A stretch of 64,000 nucleotides of DNA, taken from Patellaria atrata CBS 101060 (lineage: Eukaryota). Location: assembly GCA_010093705.1 (NCBI GenBank), contig MU006097.1, positions 383,905 through 447,904 of the forward strand, written 5' to 3'. The translations under genes were made by a program, and so were the position numbers. Of the stretch, positions 36,773 to 47,549 are shown piece after piece. The notes beneath the pieces are model-generated. The model did not search any database. It saw only the letters and a program-made list of their open reading frames with translations, and had not been told where the DNA came from. Within the stretch, counting starts at the first letter, position 1. The number at the start of each line of letters is the position of its first letter.

Positions 36773-38800
36773 ATGGCATATCCCCAAAGAGATAATTGGT
36801 ACCCTCATTCTAGCCTTGTGAGGCTCCCCTCATCTCGCCATTACCGTCGTCCTCACGCCCAGTTGTACCAGACTCGTTCCCCATCTCCCCGTCCTGGTTG
36901 GAATATTGATTATGCCACCGCATTTCTGATCTCTCATCTTGAAACGACGGCCGAGAAGTGCAGCAAAGAACTGTATTTCTGGCGACACTCCTGTACTCCA
37001 CATAGCCTTCCAGATTGCCTTATCAATCTAGACCTCATCCTCTTTGATTCCAAACTCTGGGACCACATTAGCGTCATTCTGGAGCACTTGGGCCGTGAGA
37101 TCTCGGCATGTCTTGTCAAAGTTGCTGGTCCGGGGTTTCATGGTACACCGCTGGAAATTCAGATAAACGGGGATATGCACGTCCCCGGAGATCGAGATTC
37201 TCTGCTCGCCAGTTTATTGCATCAGATGATCCATGCTTACTTCCTTATTGTATGTCCGAGTGCTTATAAGAATGACGGGATGGATACAAGATTAGCACAC
37301 GGCTTCCATTTCGGTGCCGTAATGTACAAAATCAAAGATCTTGCAACCCCGAATAGCAGAAGACCGATGCTACCACTGGATTTCGGTCACCATCTCGGCC
37401 ACCATCTCCCTCACCACAGTCGCGCGAGCAGTGTAAGGGGATACCGTAGAACCAGCAACTCAACCGTTCGAGGTCAGCTTCAATTGCAGAGCTTCGCCTA
37501 CGCTGAATACGCTTACGGACGTCCTAAGCATCGTCAAAAGTATCGTGTAGCTGCCGAGTCAGATGCTTGCCATCGCGCTCAGCCAACCATTGACCGCGCT
37601 CAGATCGAGAAATTCTACGAGGAGAACTGTAAACCGCTCCTGGATGCCAGCGAGGTCGGACGTAGCACTTCCCTTTTCAAGCTTGAGGACAACGAACTCG
37701 TAGAGATTGGCCGCATGCATGATAAAGTCGGACGACCAGCGGAATATGTCGAACTAGTATTTGAGGGCAAGCCGGTCAGGATACCCCGTCCCGAACTAGA
37801 GAGATTCGGGAGTCTGAAAGAACTCTTCGGCGAAGGCAAGAGGGAACTCAACATACCAGAAGGCACGAGTTTCCACACATTCTCGCGACTGTGCGAATTC
37901 ATCACCAAGACAACATACGAGCCAGATATCCAAGAGACGCAAGTAGAGGACCCGGGAGACAACTACGGTCCTCCAGCCATTGTCACTCAAGACGACAAAG
38001 ATGACGAGAAAAGCGCCACAAGCGACGACACCAAAGACGAAACACCCTACCTCCGAATCGACACGCGGGTTTTCCTCCTCGCCTCCCAAATCGGGTTCTC
38101 CGAGATCCAATCTCACGCCCTCGACAGGATGAACAAACAGCACGTCTCCCGCGAAGACCCCGTCGAAGTGCTCAAGGAACTCTACGCCTCCGACGAACCC
38201 CACGAAACTCTCCGCCGCTGGTGCAGGAAATGGCTAGCCCGGATCCGCCCCCAAGCCGTCGAGGACAAGAGGAACGACCACCGCGCCTCCTGCTCCTGCG
38301 GCTCCGACCCCCCCACCGCCGAAACCTCCGTCCTCGAAACCTCCAACCTGGGCCTCCTCTCCACGTACCCCTCTTTCCGCACCTTGCGCGACGGCTCCGC
38401 TCGACTGGCCGAGGACGTCACACGGGTTGAGACTGAGTTCGAAAAATGCGCTAGGGAAGAGGAGAGGCTGCGCTGGGTGAGGGAGGAGAGGGAATGGCGC
38501 TTCGATGGTCGGGAATTTCCCTATGACCCGTACTTTGCCACCCTCTGTCCTCATTCCGCGGCGCAGCTTTACGTCTCCCCACATCTTCCGCCCCACGCGC
38601 ATACGCCGCGGAATCCGCATACGTGCGGGTATAACTCGCGTACGCATACGCCGGGGTCGTGTTCGTGCGAGGAGGGGAAGGGGAAGGGGAGGCCGGGTGC
38701 TATGGATGGGCCGTATTTGAGTGGGGGGGAGTGGTTTTGGAGGGGCAGGGATGGGGGGTTGAGGGTTTGGGATCAGGTGAGGGGGTGGGTTGGGGAGTAG
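36773..38800 (+). CDS. SprT-like zincin domain (HQMIH variant) fused to BTB/POZ-like domain
   Basis: Intronless ORF. LLHQMIHAYFL...HGFHFGAVMYKI matches the SprT HExxH..H layout. EYVELVFEG..FSRLCEFITKTTY..RVFLLASQIGFSEIQSHALDRM resembles fungal BTB. Domain calls are by eye. Confidence 0.7.
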   Translation: MAYPQRDNWYPHSSLVRLPSSRHYRRPHAQLYQTRSPSPRPGWNIDYATAFLISHLETTAEKCSKELYFWRHSCTPHSLPDCLINLDLILFDSKLWDHISVILEHLGREISACLVKVAGPGFHGTPLEIQINGDMHVPGDRDSLLASLLHQMIHAYFLIVCPSAYKNDGMDTRLAHGFHFGAVMYKIKDLATPNSRRPMLPLDFGHHLGHHLPHHSRASSVRGYRRTSNSTVRGQLQLQSFAYAEYAYGRPKHRQKYRVAAESDACHRAQPTIDRAQIEKFYEENCKPLLDASEVGRSTSLFKLEDNELVEIGRMHDKVGRPAEYVELVFEGKPVRIPRPELERFGSLKELFGEGKRELNIPEGTSFHTFSRLCEFITKTTYEPDIQETQVEDPGDNYGPPAIVTQDDKDDEKSATSDDTKDETPYLRIDTRVFLLASQIGFSEIQSHALDRMNKQHVSREDPVEVLKELYASDEPHETLRRWCRKWLARIRPQAVEDKRNDHRASCSCGSDPPTAETSVLETSNLGLLSTYPSFRTLRDGSARLAEDVTRVETEFEKCAREEERLRWVREEREWRFDGREFPYDPYFATLCPHSAAQLYVSPHLPPHAHTPRNPHTCGYNSRTHTPGSCSCEEGKGKGRPGAMDGPYLSGGEWFWRGRDGGLRVWDQVRGWVGE

Positions 38801-38991
38801 GGCTGTTCTTGATTGGGTATGGGGGGTATGGGGGGTATGGGAGAGTGGGAGAGGGGCTGTCGAGGGTTATTGGGGGGTGGGGTTGGGTTAGGGTTTTGTG
38901 GTATGTTGTAGGCCATTCCACCTAAGGTGGGAGAAGTAGATTATGCTAAGATTACCTGTTTCTTCTGAGTAGGATGAGATGGGGTAGGTTA

Positions 38992-39011
38992 GATAGGATA
39001 GGATAGGACAG
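38992..39011. repeat. (GATAG)n microsatellite
   Basis: gatag gatag gatag gacag. Confidence 0.6.
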
Positions 39012-39832
39012 GCTGGATAGAATATAGTAGCTTCTTAAACAATCAATCTTATATAGTACCAATCCCCCCCTAAAAACAAAGGTAATACCCATAACCCACC
39101 CCATAACGATTCATCTTCCCAACTCCCCTAAACCGTTCCCCAACCACTGCCCTCAGAGTATATCCTACCATCAGAGCCCCCCTCCCCCCACCCTAGCAAA
39201 GGAAAAGAAAATAGGAAATCCCCCCCGATACGGGGGATCGTTCGGCAGCTATCTGAGAGTCCTCTGAGGTGAAACTGCGGAGGATCGAGTTTCGAGAGAC
39301 GAGTTGTGCGCGGGTGAGAGCGTCACTTCGATGCGCAGTTTTATCGGGTTGAAGGGGGGTTGAAGGGGTGGGGGGTGCCAAACTCATTTTCATCTGTGTA
39401 GTGATAGCCAATTCTGCGGACTGCGGCGTCGAAGGGGGGTTTGTTCTTTCCTTTATGTACCATACTTGTACGGCCAAAGCATGGCAAGAGATTGGGAGCG
39501 TCGGATATAACGGATTGGACATGTGGGTTGATAGAAGGGATACTGAATCACCAAAGTCTTCAAATTTTAGTCTAAAAAATCATTCAATTCTCATTATGTA
39601 AGACAACGTTGACCTCCAACTCCGGAGCAGTAATCCAGCACTACGAGGGATTGCCAGGGGTCGTGTCGTTTTCGCTGGGTCTCTGTACAAAGATAGTAAG
39701 AGATGGATTGACGAGAGAGGTTTCTTTCACCAGACGTAAAAAAGGGAGAACGCAGACTCGCAAAGATGAAGCAAAGACGCAGGGAAAATGGTATTAAATG
39801 ACCAAAAAGCCACACCGAGCGAAAGGAATAGA

Positions 39833-40944
39833 TTAGAGCCGGCTTCGAGGGCCACGGGATACTTGGGGTATCCATTCCTCCTGTTGGGGTTGCCAGTTGT
39901 GTTTCTCGTATACCTGTGTACGTTTGTCAGTACGCTCTACTTATAGATTCAAAATAGGCTTATTGAGCTCTTCCATACCTCTGTAAACTTCTCGCCCTTA
40001 TGAGGGCCCGCCTGTTCCCTTTGAACGGTATATTCCACATTGACTGGGCCCTGCTGACCCCTTTGGCCCGTGTAATTGCCGTATTGCGCGTGCTGAGGTG
40101 GTGGTTGCGCATGAGCTCCATATTCGCCGTAATTGCCAACCGGCTCTTGCCTCCCTTGTTGATTCTGATATTCGTAGTGTCTGACGTTCCCTTCGACGCC
40201 GCCGTATTCCGCAGCCGGTGCGGCAACCGGCACCTGTCTCTCCCGTCGGTACTCCGTTTCCTTGTACGTCGCATTACCGCCTCGATAGTCTCCCGCTGGG
40301 ACCTGTTTCTCCCTGCGAAACTCATACTCATTGTACCTCGCATCCGCGCCTCCCCCTGGATACTCCTCCTTAAACCTCACATGAGCCTGCTGCTGCGGCG
40401 CATGTTGCTTATCCTTCGCCTCAACTGTAAACTGCTCATACCGATTCCCCTGCCCCTTCTCATCCTGACAACACCTCAACGGCTCCAACCCCCCCAACAA
40501 CGCCAACACCTGCAACAAGCTCTGATGACACGTCGCCAACTCCATCCGTCGATGTACCAACTTCTCATGCTCATCCAAAACCCAAATGACACGATTCTTA
40601 ACCCCAACATGCTTCCCCCGATCCGTATCCTTGCACACTCGTTTCGTATATCTATTGATCTCGTACAGCGCCTCATGCACGCCCGCCATTGTGTCCCGGA
40701 TCCACTCCACCTTCTCCGGGTTTCCCGATAACGCGTACTTGACCTCCTTGACCCGCATTAGGCGCTCCGCTTCCTCCAGGTCGTCGCGCACCCGCGCCGC
40801 GAGCCGCGTGAAGACCGCGTTTTCTTCCGCCACGTCGTGCAGGCGTTTGAGTCGGATCAGCGCTTCGCCGGCTTTGTAGATGCTGCCGACGGCTCCGAGG
40901 GCGGCGCCGACGCCGAGCGCTTCGATGAGTTTGCTTTTGGCCAT
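39833..40944 (-). CDS. HeLo-like/STAND N-terminal helical-domain protein with G/N/Q/Y-rich pseudo-repeats and spliced C-terminal PTS1 (-SRL)
   Basis: Exon 40944-39979 (322 codons), intron 39978-39914 (GTATGG..CTGAC..CAG, phase 0), exon 39913-39833 = VYEKHNWQPQQEEWIPQVSRGPRSRL*. Hydrophobic Gly/Ala first helix (LIEALGVGAALGAVGSIY), amphipathic helices and NRVIWVL motif. Confidence 0.72.
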
Positions 40945-41351
40945 ATTGGGGGAATTGGACCCGTGGGTTCGTTTTATGAGGCCCTTCTGGAAGTGTGGAG
41001 GTTCTGAGGTGGTGCGAAGTTGAGGTGGAGAGCTCCTGAGTTCCGGTGGCTGGGGAAGCTGAACCGGGATGGGACGACTAAGGTGCTTCTTAGTCAGCGG
41101 GATTGTTTACATTTTGAGTGAGGCTTCTTTTGACCACAGTCCACCTCGCAGTGAAAGTTATTTCGAGAATCACTTTTCTAACATAAAAGATATAGAAGAT
41201 GCTTAGATCATAGTTTATTGTATAGAATCTTGTTCGCAAGCTTCTTATAAGCTGACCTTGAATTATCACATCTGCTTGTTGTCAATATATCGTCTCAAAA
41301 CACTCATTTTTCAAATAGTTCTCAAATTAGTTATAAAAACGGTCAATTATA

Positions 41352-43724
41352 CTAAGGGCGATACTCCCGTAGCACTTCATCCCGATTCGGTCCTCCATAC
41401 TTCCAAGTCGATAGTAGCACGGTTCCCGGCATTTCTGATCCGTCCCCTAACTTCAATCTTAGAAAAGTCATGCAGACCATATCCTCATTTGCCTGCTCAC
41501 AGATATTCTCCCGTGACTGTAAGACTTCAGCCTTGGAAATGGCCCGTTGCTTCCTCTCCTCCTCGGTTGATTCACCGGATGCCTCCGCTGTATTTGGGGC
41601 TAACTTATCGGAGACCTCTTCCGTTGACGGTGAAGTATGTCTGCGTAGCAAGTCATTCCAGAGCTCTTCTATCCTCTCCGTTACCTCGCCATTAGCAAGA
41701 GCCAATGCAGCAGCCCTGTAACACCTCGCTGTAGCACTTAGTGGGAAATATGCTCCCAATCCATACTCGTCTACCTCCCGGACGGCAAGATGCATATGCC
41801 AGTCTCTGGCCTGCTGCTCGATTCACTCACTCATTCTTCCCGTCACATTTCTTCCTACGGGAGTCTAGAATAGCTATATCCGTTCATCAGCTTCGCCTTT
41901 TGAGCAGCCTTCTGATGCCATGAAAGCGAGCCATTCATATTTTGTTTGCTCGAACCAGAGTTCACGTACTTGATTATGAGCGATTGGATGGAATAGATAC
42001 TTTCCACGCGAGTTGATTTTACTTAAGGTACCTCTTAGTCTCGACTCCATTCGTTGTTTGTCCGAATGGGGAAGAAGTTTAGGTGGAATGCCTAAATGGA
42101 TAGGAGAAACAGTACAATGACCCAAGGAGGAGTGGAAAGATGTTATGCGACCAATGGTATGGAGTGCATGATAACGATTGATTCCGAAGGCCATTGATCT
42201 AATGGTTTCCTTCTGAAAGCTGAGAGGCATCTCCGGTAATCTGATGGTCGCTTGTGTAGGGTCGCTGTGGCTCACCTCGCAGCATCGATCGACGTACGCC
42301 TTGTCAGCCATGATGATTTGGCCAGTCGGCCTGACGATAGGCAAATAAGTCCGTCTTTACACACCGAAAGAGATCGTCAAGGTGATCCGAACTTTCCTTC
42401 ACCCCCTTAAAGGTGGGTTGAGAGCGAAGTTGAACTAATTCCAGAGGCTCTTCATGGCAATCCGGTCCTGATTGAACTGAGACGAAAGTTTTCCCCATAT
42501 CAGTAACGAAGATGATTATTGTCTTATGAATATTTATGATAATATAGTTAGTGACCTCTCCGATCTCTTCACCTGGCTGTCTGATTTCTTCATCTAGATT
42601 GCTTGCCCCACGTGGTGGTCGTTGATATCATGTCGTTGGAATTATCGCCGAATCAGTGACTAGCATGGCATCTGTGTCAATCTCGTCAGACGCCCTAGTA
42701 ACGGGCTCCCACACGAGGATGCCGATCGAAGAGACAAGTGCAGAGCTCTTGTTGTTGCCCGTCACCACTTTCTTAACTCGCCCGTTTACTAGAGAACTCG
42801 CCTAGCCCTCTACGAGATTCGTATGAAGAAATATGATAGTTAAAGCAAGGTAGAAGTGAGAGTACCATGACCATAATCTACCGCTCTCGGTGAGACTAAG
42901 AACGTGTGTCTCGCCTGCGGAAAACTGATGGATCTTGGAGTAGGGGTCATCACTGCGTTTCCCGGGTTGGTGATATCCGGAAGGTAATTCCAAAGGCATG
43001 AACGGCCCATTTTCAAGTTCATCATGGTGTGGCATCATTGTGACTGGGTCATGTCGATCGCGACGGTCGAAACGATTACTGGTCCAACCGTGTATAAAGC
43101 TCCCTTCTCAGAGAGGACGATCAGAGAATCTAGTCTGCATGCCAATTAGTTAGATCGAACAGTTCTCGTTATGGAATACAACAATTGCGACGTTGTTCCT
43201 CAAGATCTCTTTCTCTCGTTTTACCTCACTCCAGTCGTTTTGGATCGCCAGCTGACTTCACACTTGCCACAAGGAAATTTTTATCTGAATTATTCAAGCC
43301 CGTAGTTCTTCGAATAGATCCGACGACAAAATGTTTTGTAAACGGAAGAGAGTGTCTAAAAGACATGGTAACAACCATACCCGCCCGTCTGTAAATCAGT
43401 TATGACACCCAAGTTTCTGGCGCTTTCAAGTTCCTTCGGGACATGACCCTCACAGCCCCATGTAAAGAGCTTAGTCTGCGTCGCAAGTCACTTATACAAG
43501 GTGTGCCATCCGTGAAAAGGGCCACTGTTGTGAAATGGCCCTTGATATAACCGTGGGAAATTGTTTCGTGTGAGATAACTCCAATAATTGTGATCATGAA
43601 GAACTTCGGTGCAATGAAAATAATGACAGGTGGCGCAAAAGTTAAGAAAGTCATAGACTGGGAGGTACAGAGTAATTGAGAGAATTATCTCTGGACGGAG
43701 TCCTGATAGAGTCCTCGGCCCCAT
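41352..43724 (-). pseudogene. Degraded SAF1/Pof9-like F-box + RCC1-repeat gene
   Basis: F-box LRPEIILSITLYL..FCATC; WHTLYK*LATQTKLFTWG; LGVITDLQTGG, intron about 43380-43135, then SEKGALYTVG; IHQFSAGETHVLSLTESGRLWSW; LGAYFPLSA; RLKLGDGSEMPG. In-frame stops at about 43488, 42802, 42628 and 41874, plus frameshifts. Confidence 0.78.
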
Positions 43725-44400
43725 TTTTTCGATCTAAGGAAGAAATTCACGTTTTCCTTGGCACGGAGAAGGGCTGTAAGATAATATGAAGAAAACATAT
43801 CTGAAATTCGTGGAGCAAAAGTCAATTATTCGGGCTAGGGAGAATGAAGAGTTATCATTAGACAAAGCGAGAGATATAGGAGCTGCAAAAAGCAAGGACT
43901 GGGTTGAGAGATGCAAGAGTCGAAACAGAAAAAGTGAGGAAATATGACCTCAAATGTCCAATTAACCTAAAATTAGGAAACTGTCGCCAAAAAGAATATC
44001 AGTGGCAATAGGGACTGTGAAGTGGATGTGGAGATTTTGGTGCATAAGATGACTGGAGGTGCCCACGAAGCTTCAAAAAGGCATAACGCCTCTTACTAAT
44101 CCTATGGATTAAAATTGCCGTAATATATCCGAACGGTAATGGACAAGGTATAAAGAGATGAGAGCGTGCAGAGAAAGACTATCTCACAAAATCGACTGGT
44201 CTTAAAAAGAAATACTCAAATATGAGCAACTCAAAGTTATAGAAGTATACCATTAAGGAAAAAAAACTCTGAGTTGCGTGATTCATAGTCATTCTACCAC
44301 CATGACGCCCGAATCCAGCAATCTGGTATCTCGATACAAGTCAAAAACGCCGAAACAATATGCCTTCGTATACAAATGTCGTATTGTTATCAACAGATGA

Positions 44401-47285
44401 TTAGAATAGGCTCCACCCCTTTCTCTTTTCCCTCTCCCGTGTCTGCGCTGCTCTAGACGTATATCTCTTTTCTCTCTGCTCGAGTTGGCGTAATGCCTCC
44501 ATTTCCTTAAGCACGTGCTCAAGAAGTTCTTTCCTACGAACGACATCCAGATGGCGGCGGATCTTGGGGTCCTCTCGAGCGAAGCGGTCAACCTCACCCT
44601 GTGATAACCCGCGGCCTAATCTGGCATCAAGCTCACGGGGAAACTATTAACTATGAGTACGGATTCAATTCCTCGGGTATGTGATCCAACTTACGAGATA
44701 GAAGAACTTGGACAGCAGATCTGCTTCTAGGAAAAGATCCGCGGTCTCTGTGAGCTTATCTGCGACGGCATCCAGAAATACCTCCGGACAGTAATACTTG
44801 TTTTTCTTGGTTGCGCACTGTTTTGACTTGACTGCAAGCAATCGCATCTTGATGATATCTGCCCTATCACGTAGGAATACGGCATCCCGCCCTGTTTTGA
44901 AAGATAAGAGTCCGAACCGAGAGTTTTTTATTACAACTTACCTTTATCCAAGAGGGAAGCGCTAAAGCCTCCGGCACCTCCAGCACCATTTCCTTCTAGT
45001 ACGACTTGTCCACTGCGGACTCTGTCAATGAATCCCATGACGTCCCGTAATTTCTTCTTTCCGCCGACCGTACTCTCCACGCTCTTGATGGCTTCCTCGC
45101 ACGTCCGCAACTCCTCTTTCAATACAGTGGAGATATTGTCCCGGCCTTTGGCCCACTCCTTGTCATCCGGCTCAAACTTGAATTTATAGGGTTTAATGCA
45201 AATTTCAAGGTCATCGCTGACTTCATAGGACAAGTCTTTCAATATTGATGCCGAGGCATCAGTAATGGCCTGACGTGCGAAAGGATGAACTGCGAAAGTT
45301 GAGGTACTTATAAGACGATTAATGTGTGCTTGAATAGAATTTGCGACGACACTAGTTGCTAAGCGCCCAATGCCCAGTTTTGTCAGTGAAGAACTCGACG
45401 CATCGAGCTTTAGGTGCCATAGGGGATTCTCGGGGTCCGCTTTGGGTAAGTCGCTCAACGGATCTGATTCAGAGGGAGGCGGAGAGAGGTCAACGAATGG
45501 TTTGTTCCAATATCTCGAAGCCAATAAATTCAGAACTTGCTGATCAAGCTCATGTTTTATGATCTCCCGTACCTGGGGTCGTCCGAAATATTCTGTGAAT
45601 CCCTTAAAGGAGTGTTTGAACGCATCTAGACTTTCCGCCAGATATGACTCTGCACTTAATGGACGCTCATTGTATTGAACTTTGAATTCATAAGTGGTCT
45701 CCGCAAGATCGTGTTGTATGGCCTCGCTGGTCGATTTAAGGCTCGATGCCAGTGTTTGTTCCAATACAAGCATAAGCTTCTTCCTCAATGTAGTTGTACC
45801 CACGTCCAATTCTGACTGAGGTCCGAATTCCAGAGGATGTGATGAGAAGAAAGCATTTTCATTACGAATGATAGCGGAACTTATATTCCCACTACCGCGC
45901 CGGAACACATTATTTAATTGCTGGGGTGGTTTCGAAATAACCCCAACATAACCGAGCCGTAAAGCATACTTCTGGTCAGTAAGCAAATCCACCGCTCGTG
46001 CAGGCTCTACAAGGTCCATCTTGGTAATGACACCTATTGTACGCTCGCCTCTTGGATCGACCTTCCTGCTTGCCCTTAAAGCAGTAGAATTGGCTAGATC
46101 GACATCTGCCGCCGATATTGCAAGAACGATGTTAGGAGCTTGAATGTACTTATCACATAGTTCCGAAATCTTCTCCTTTAACTCAGGAGGTTGATCCCGT
46201 CCGACAACTTGGATGTACCCCGGTAAATCTATGAGTGATAGGTCTGGGACATTTGGAGAATAGATACGGAGTTGTATAGGATCATCGGAGACACATTCAG
46301 ACGCAGGTACAGCAAGATTCAGATCTGTTAAAGTTCTTTGTACCTGACTGAAATCTGTGACTTTGCCTAGACCTATAGCAGGAAATTCCGCGTACTCTGC
46401 CTGAGCATCTGGGGTGTTTATCAGAGTCAATTCGATCGGACGGCGTGTGACCATATTATGTCCCTTAGGTAGGAATTCATGTCCTACAATAGCCTCGAGA
46501 ACCGAGCTCTTGCCTGAGGACTGAGAACCAATAACGACAATCGAAGGTAATGTCAATGTTTCTGACTGTCCTACAGTCTGGAGTAAACTTCTTATCTCTA
46601 TCATTTTTTTCGTCAAGAGCATCATTTGATCATCTCTGGCAATCTTCTCTTCAGAACGGGGATCATCTTCAGGATTCTTATCGTAGCCAAAAGCTGCTCC
46701 AGTAGCACCTCCAACGGCAGCAGCAGCGCTTGCGCTTGATTGCTGGTGATTAGAAGAACCATCAGGACCAGAGGAGCCTTTCCCATTTCCTGACGATTCT
46801 TCCTTACCACCCAAGATTTTTCGTAGCCACTCCGGTAGCTCCGCATTATCTTTTGTCTTCTCAAATCCATTTTTAGTCTGGTGGAACACAGTATTCGCTG
46901 TATCAAATACAGATCCAGCTGTCGAAGCTATACCCTCTTTCGTGCGGTTAAAGATATCAAGAGCGTAATTACCAGCCTGAGTAGCTTGATTTTGCACGTA
47001 TACTAGCCCGGCAACCGCCGCCCCTCCCCCCAATGCACCTAGTGTAGCGAACTTTTGAAAGAGTTTTGGTATGACACGGGCAAATCCCGCTATTGATCTT
47101 ACGGCCACAGCATTATGAAGAGCGTTTGTACCAGCAGGCCATCGCTGCCGTCTTAAAAGCGGTGCTCCTGATGCTGCTCGTAATAAACCGCCAGCATTGG
47201 GGCTTGCGGTGTAGAGAGTTCGTCGTGACGTGGAGAGTCGTTGAGCGAGGGGCGAGGCTCGGGTGGCTATGAGCCTTCCACTCAT
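44401..47285 (-). CDS. MGM1: Mitochondrial dynamin-like GTPase Mgm1/Msp1 (OPA1 ortholog)
   Basis: Arg-rich presequence and TM; VVIGSQSSGKSSVLE, VTRRPIEL, DLPG, TKMD. Introns 44941-44892 and 44694-44644. Ends KGWSLF*. Confidence 0.96.
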
Positions 47286-47549
47286 CTTATATATCCCAGG
47301 TTACTATTATCTTCGACCATAGGTCCTTGTGATGAGGTTAAAGGATGTTAGGTTGTTAGAGGAGGGGGATCGTAGGTGGGACGGTAGCTACAAGGTGTTT
47401 GAAATATGATGTAGGGCAAATCTTGCCGCATCTTCACCGTGCCAAGGTACACTACAGTACACTGCAGTATCTCCCCTTAACAACAACTTATTTAATCTTT
47501 GCGCACGATCGGAACGTGTACTCAAAGCTCCTCAGCATGTATCTGAGAC
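47286..47549. promoter_or_regulatory. Probable bidirectional promoter between MGM1 and MDM10
   Basis: Only 264 bp separate the divergent start codons. Confidence 0.6.

Noticed and set aside
39193..39522. 109-aa minus-strand ORF between SprT-BTB and the HeLo-like gene
   Set aside because: No recognisable motif; may lie in the 3' UTR of the upstream minus-strand gene.
7112..43724. Functional link between the SAF1-like pseudogene and the deaminase (yeast Saf1 targets Aah1)
   Set aside because: The loci are over 30 kb apart and the deaminase is ADGF-type, not Aah1-type; likely coincidence.
44931..44941. MGM1 ORF-track ending -GKL as a PTS1-like signal
   Set aside because: Artefact of reading into the GTAAGT donor; the conserved C-terminal exons follow.
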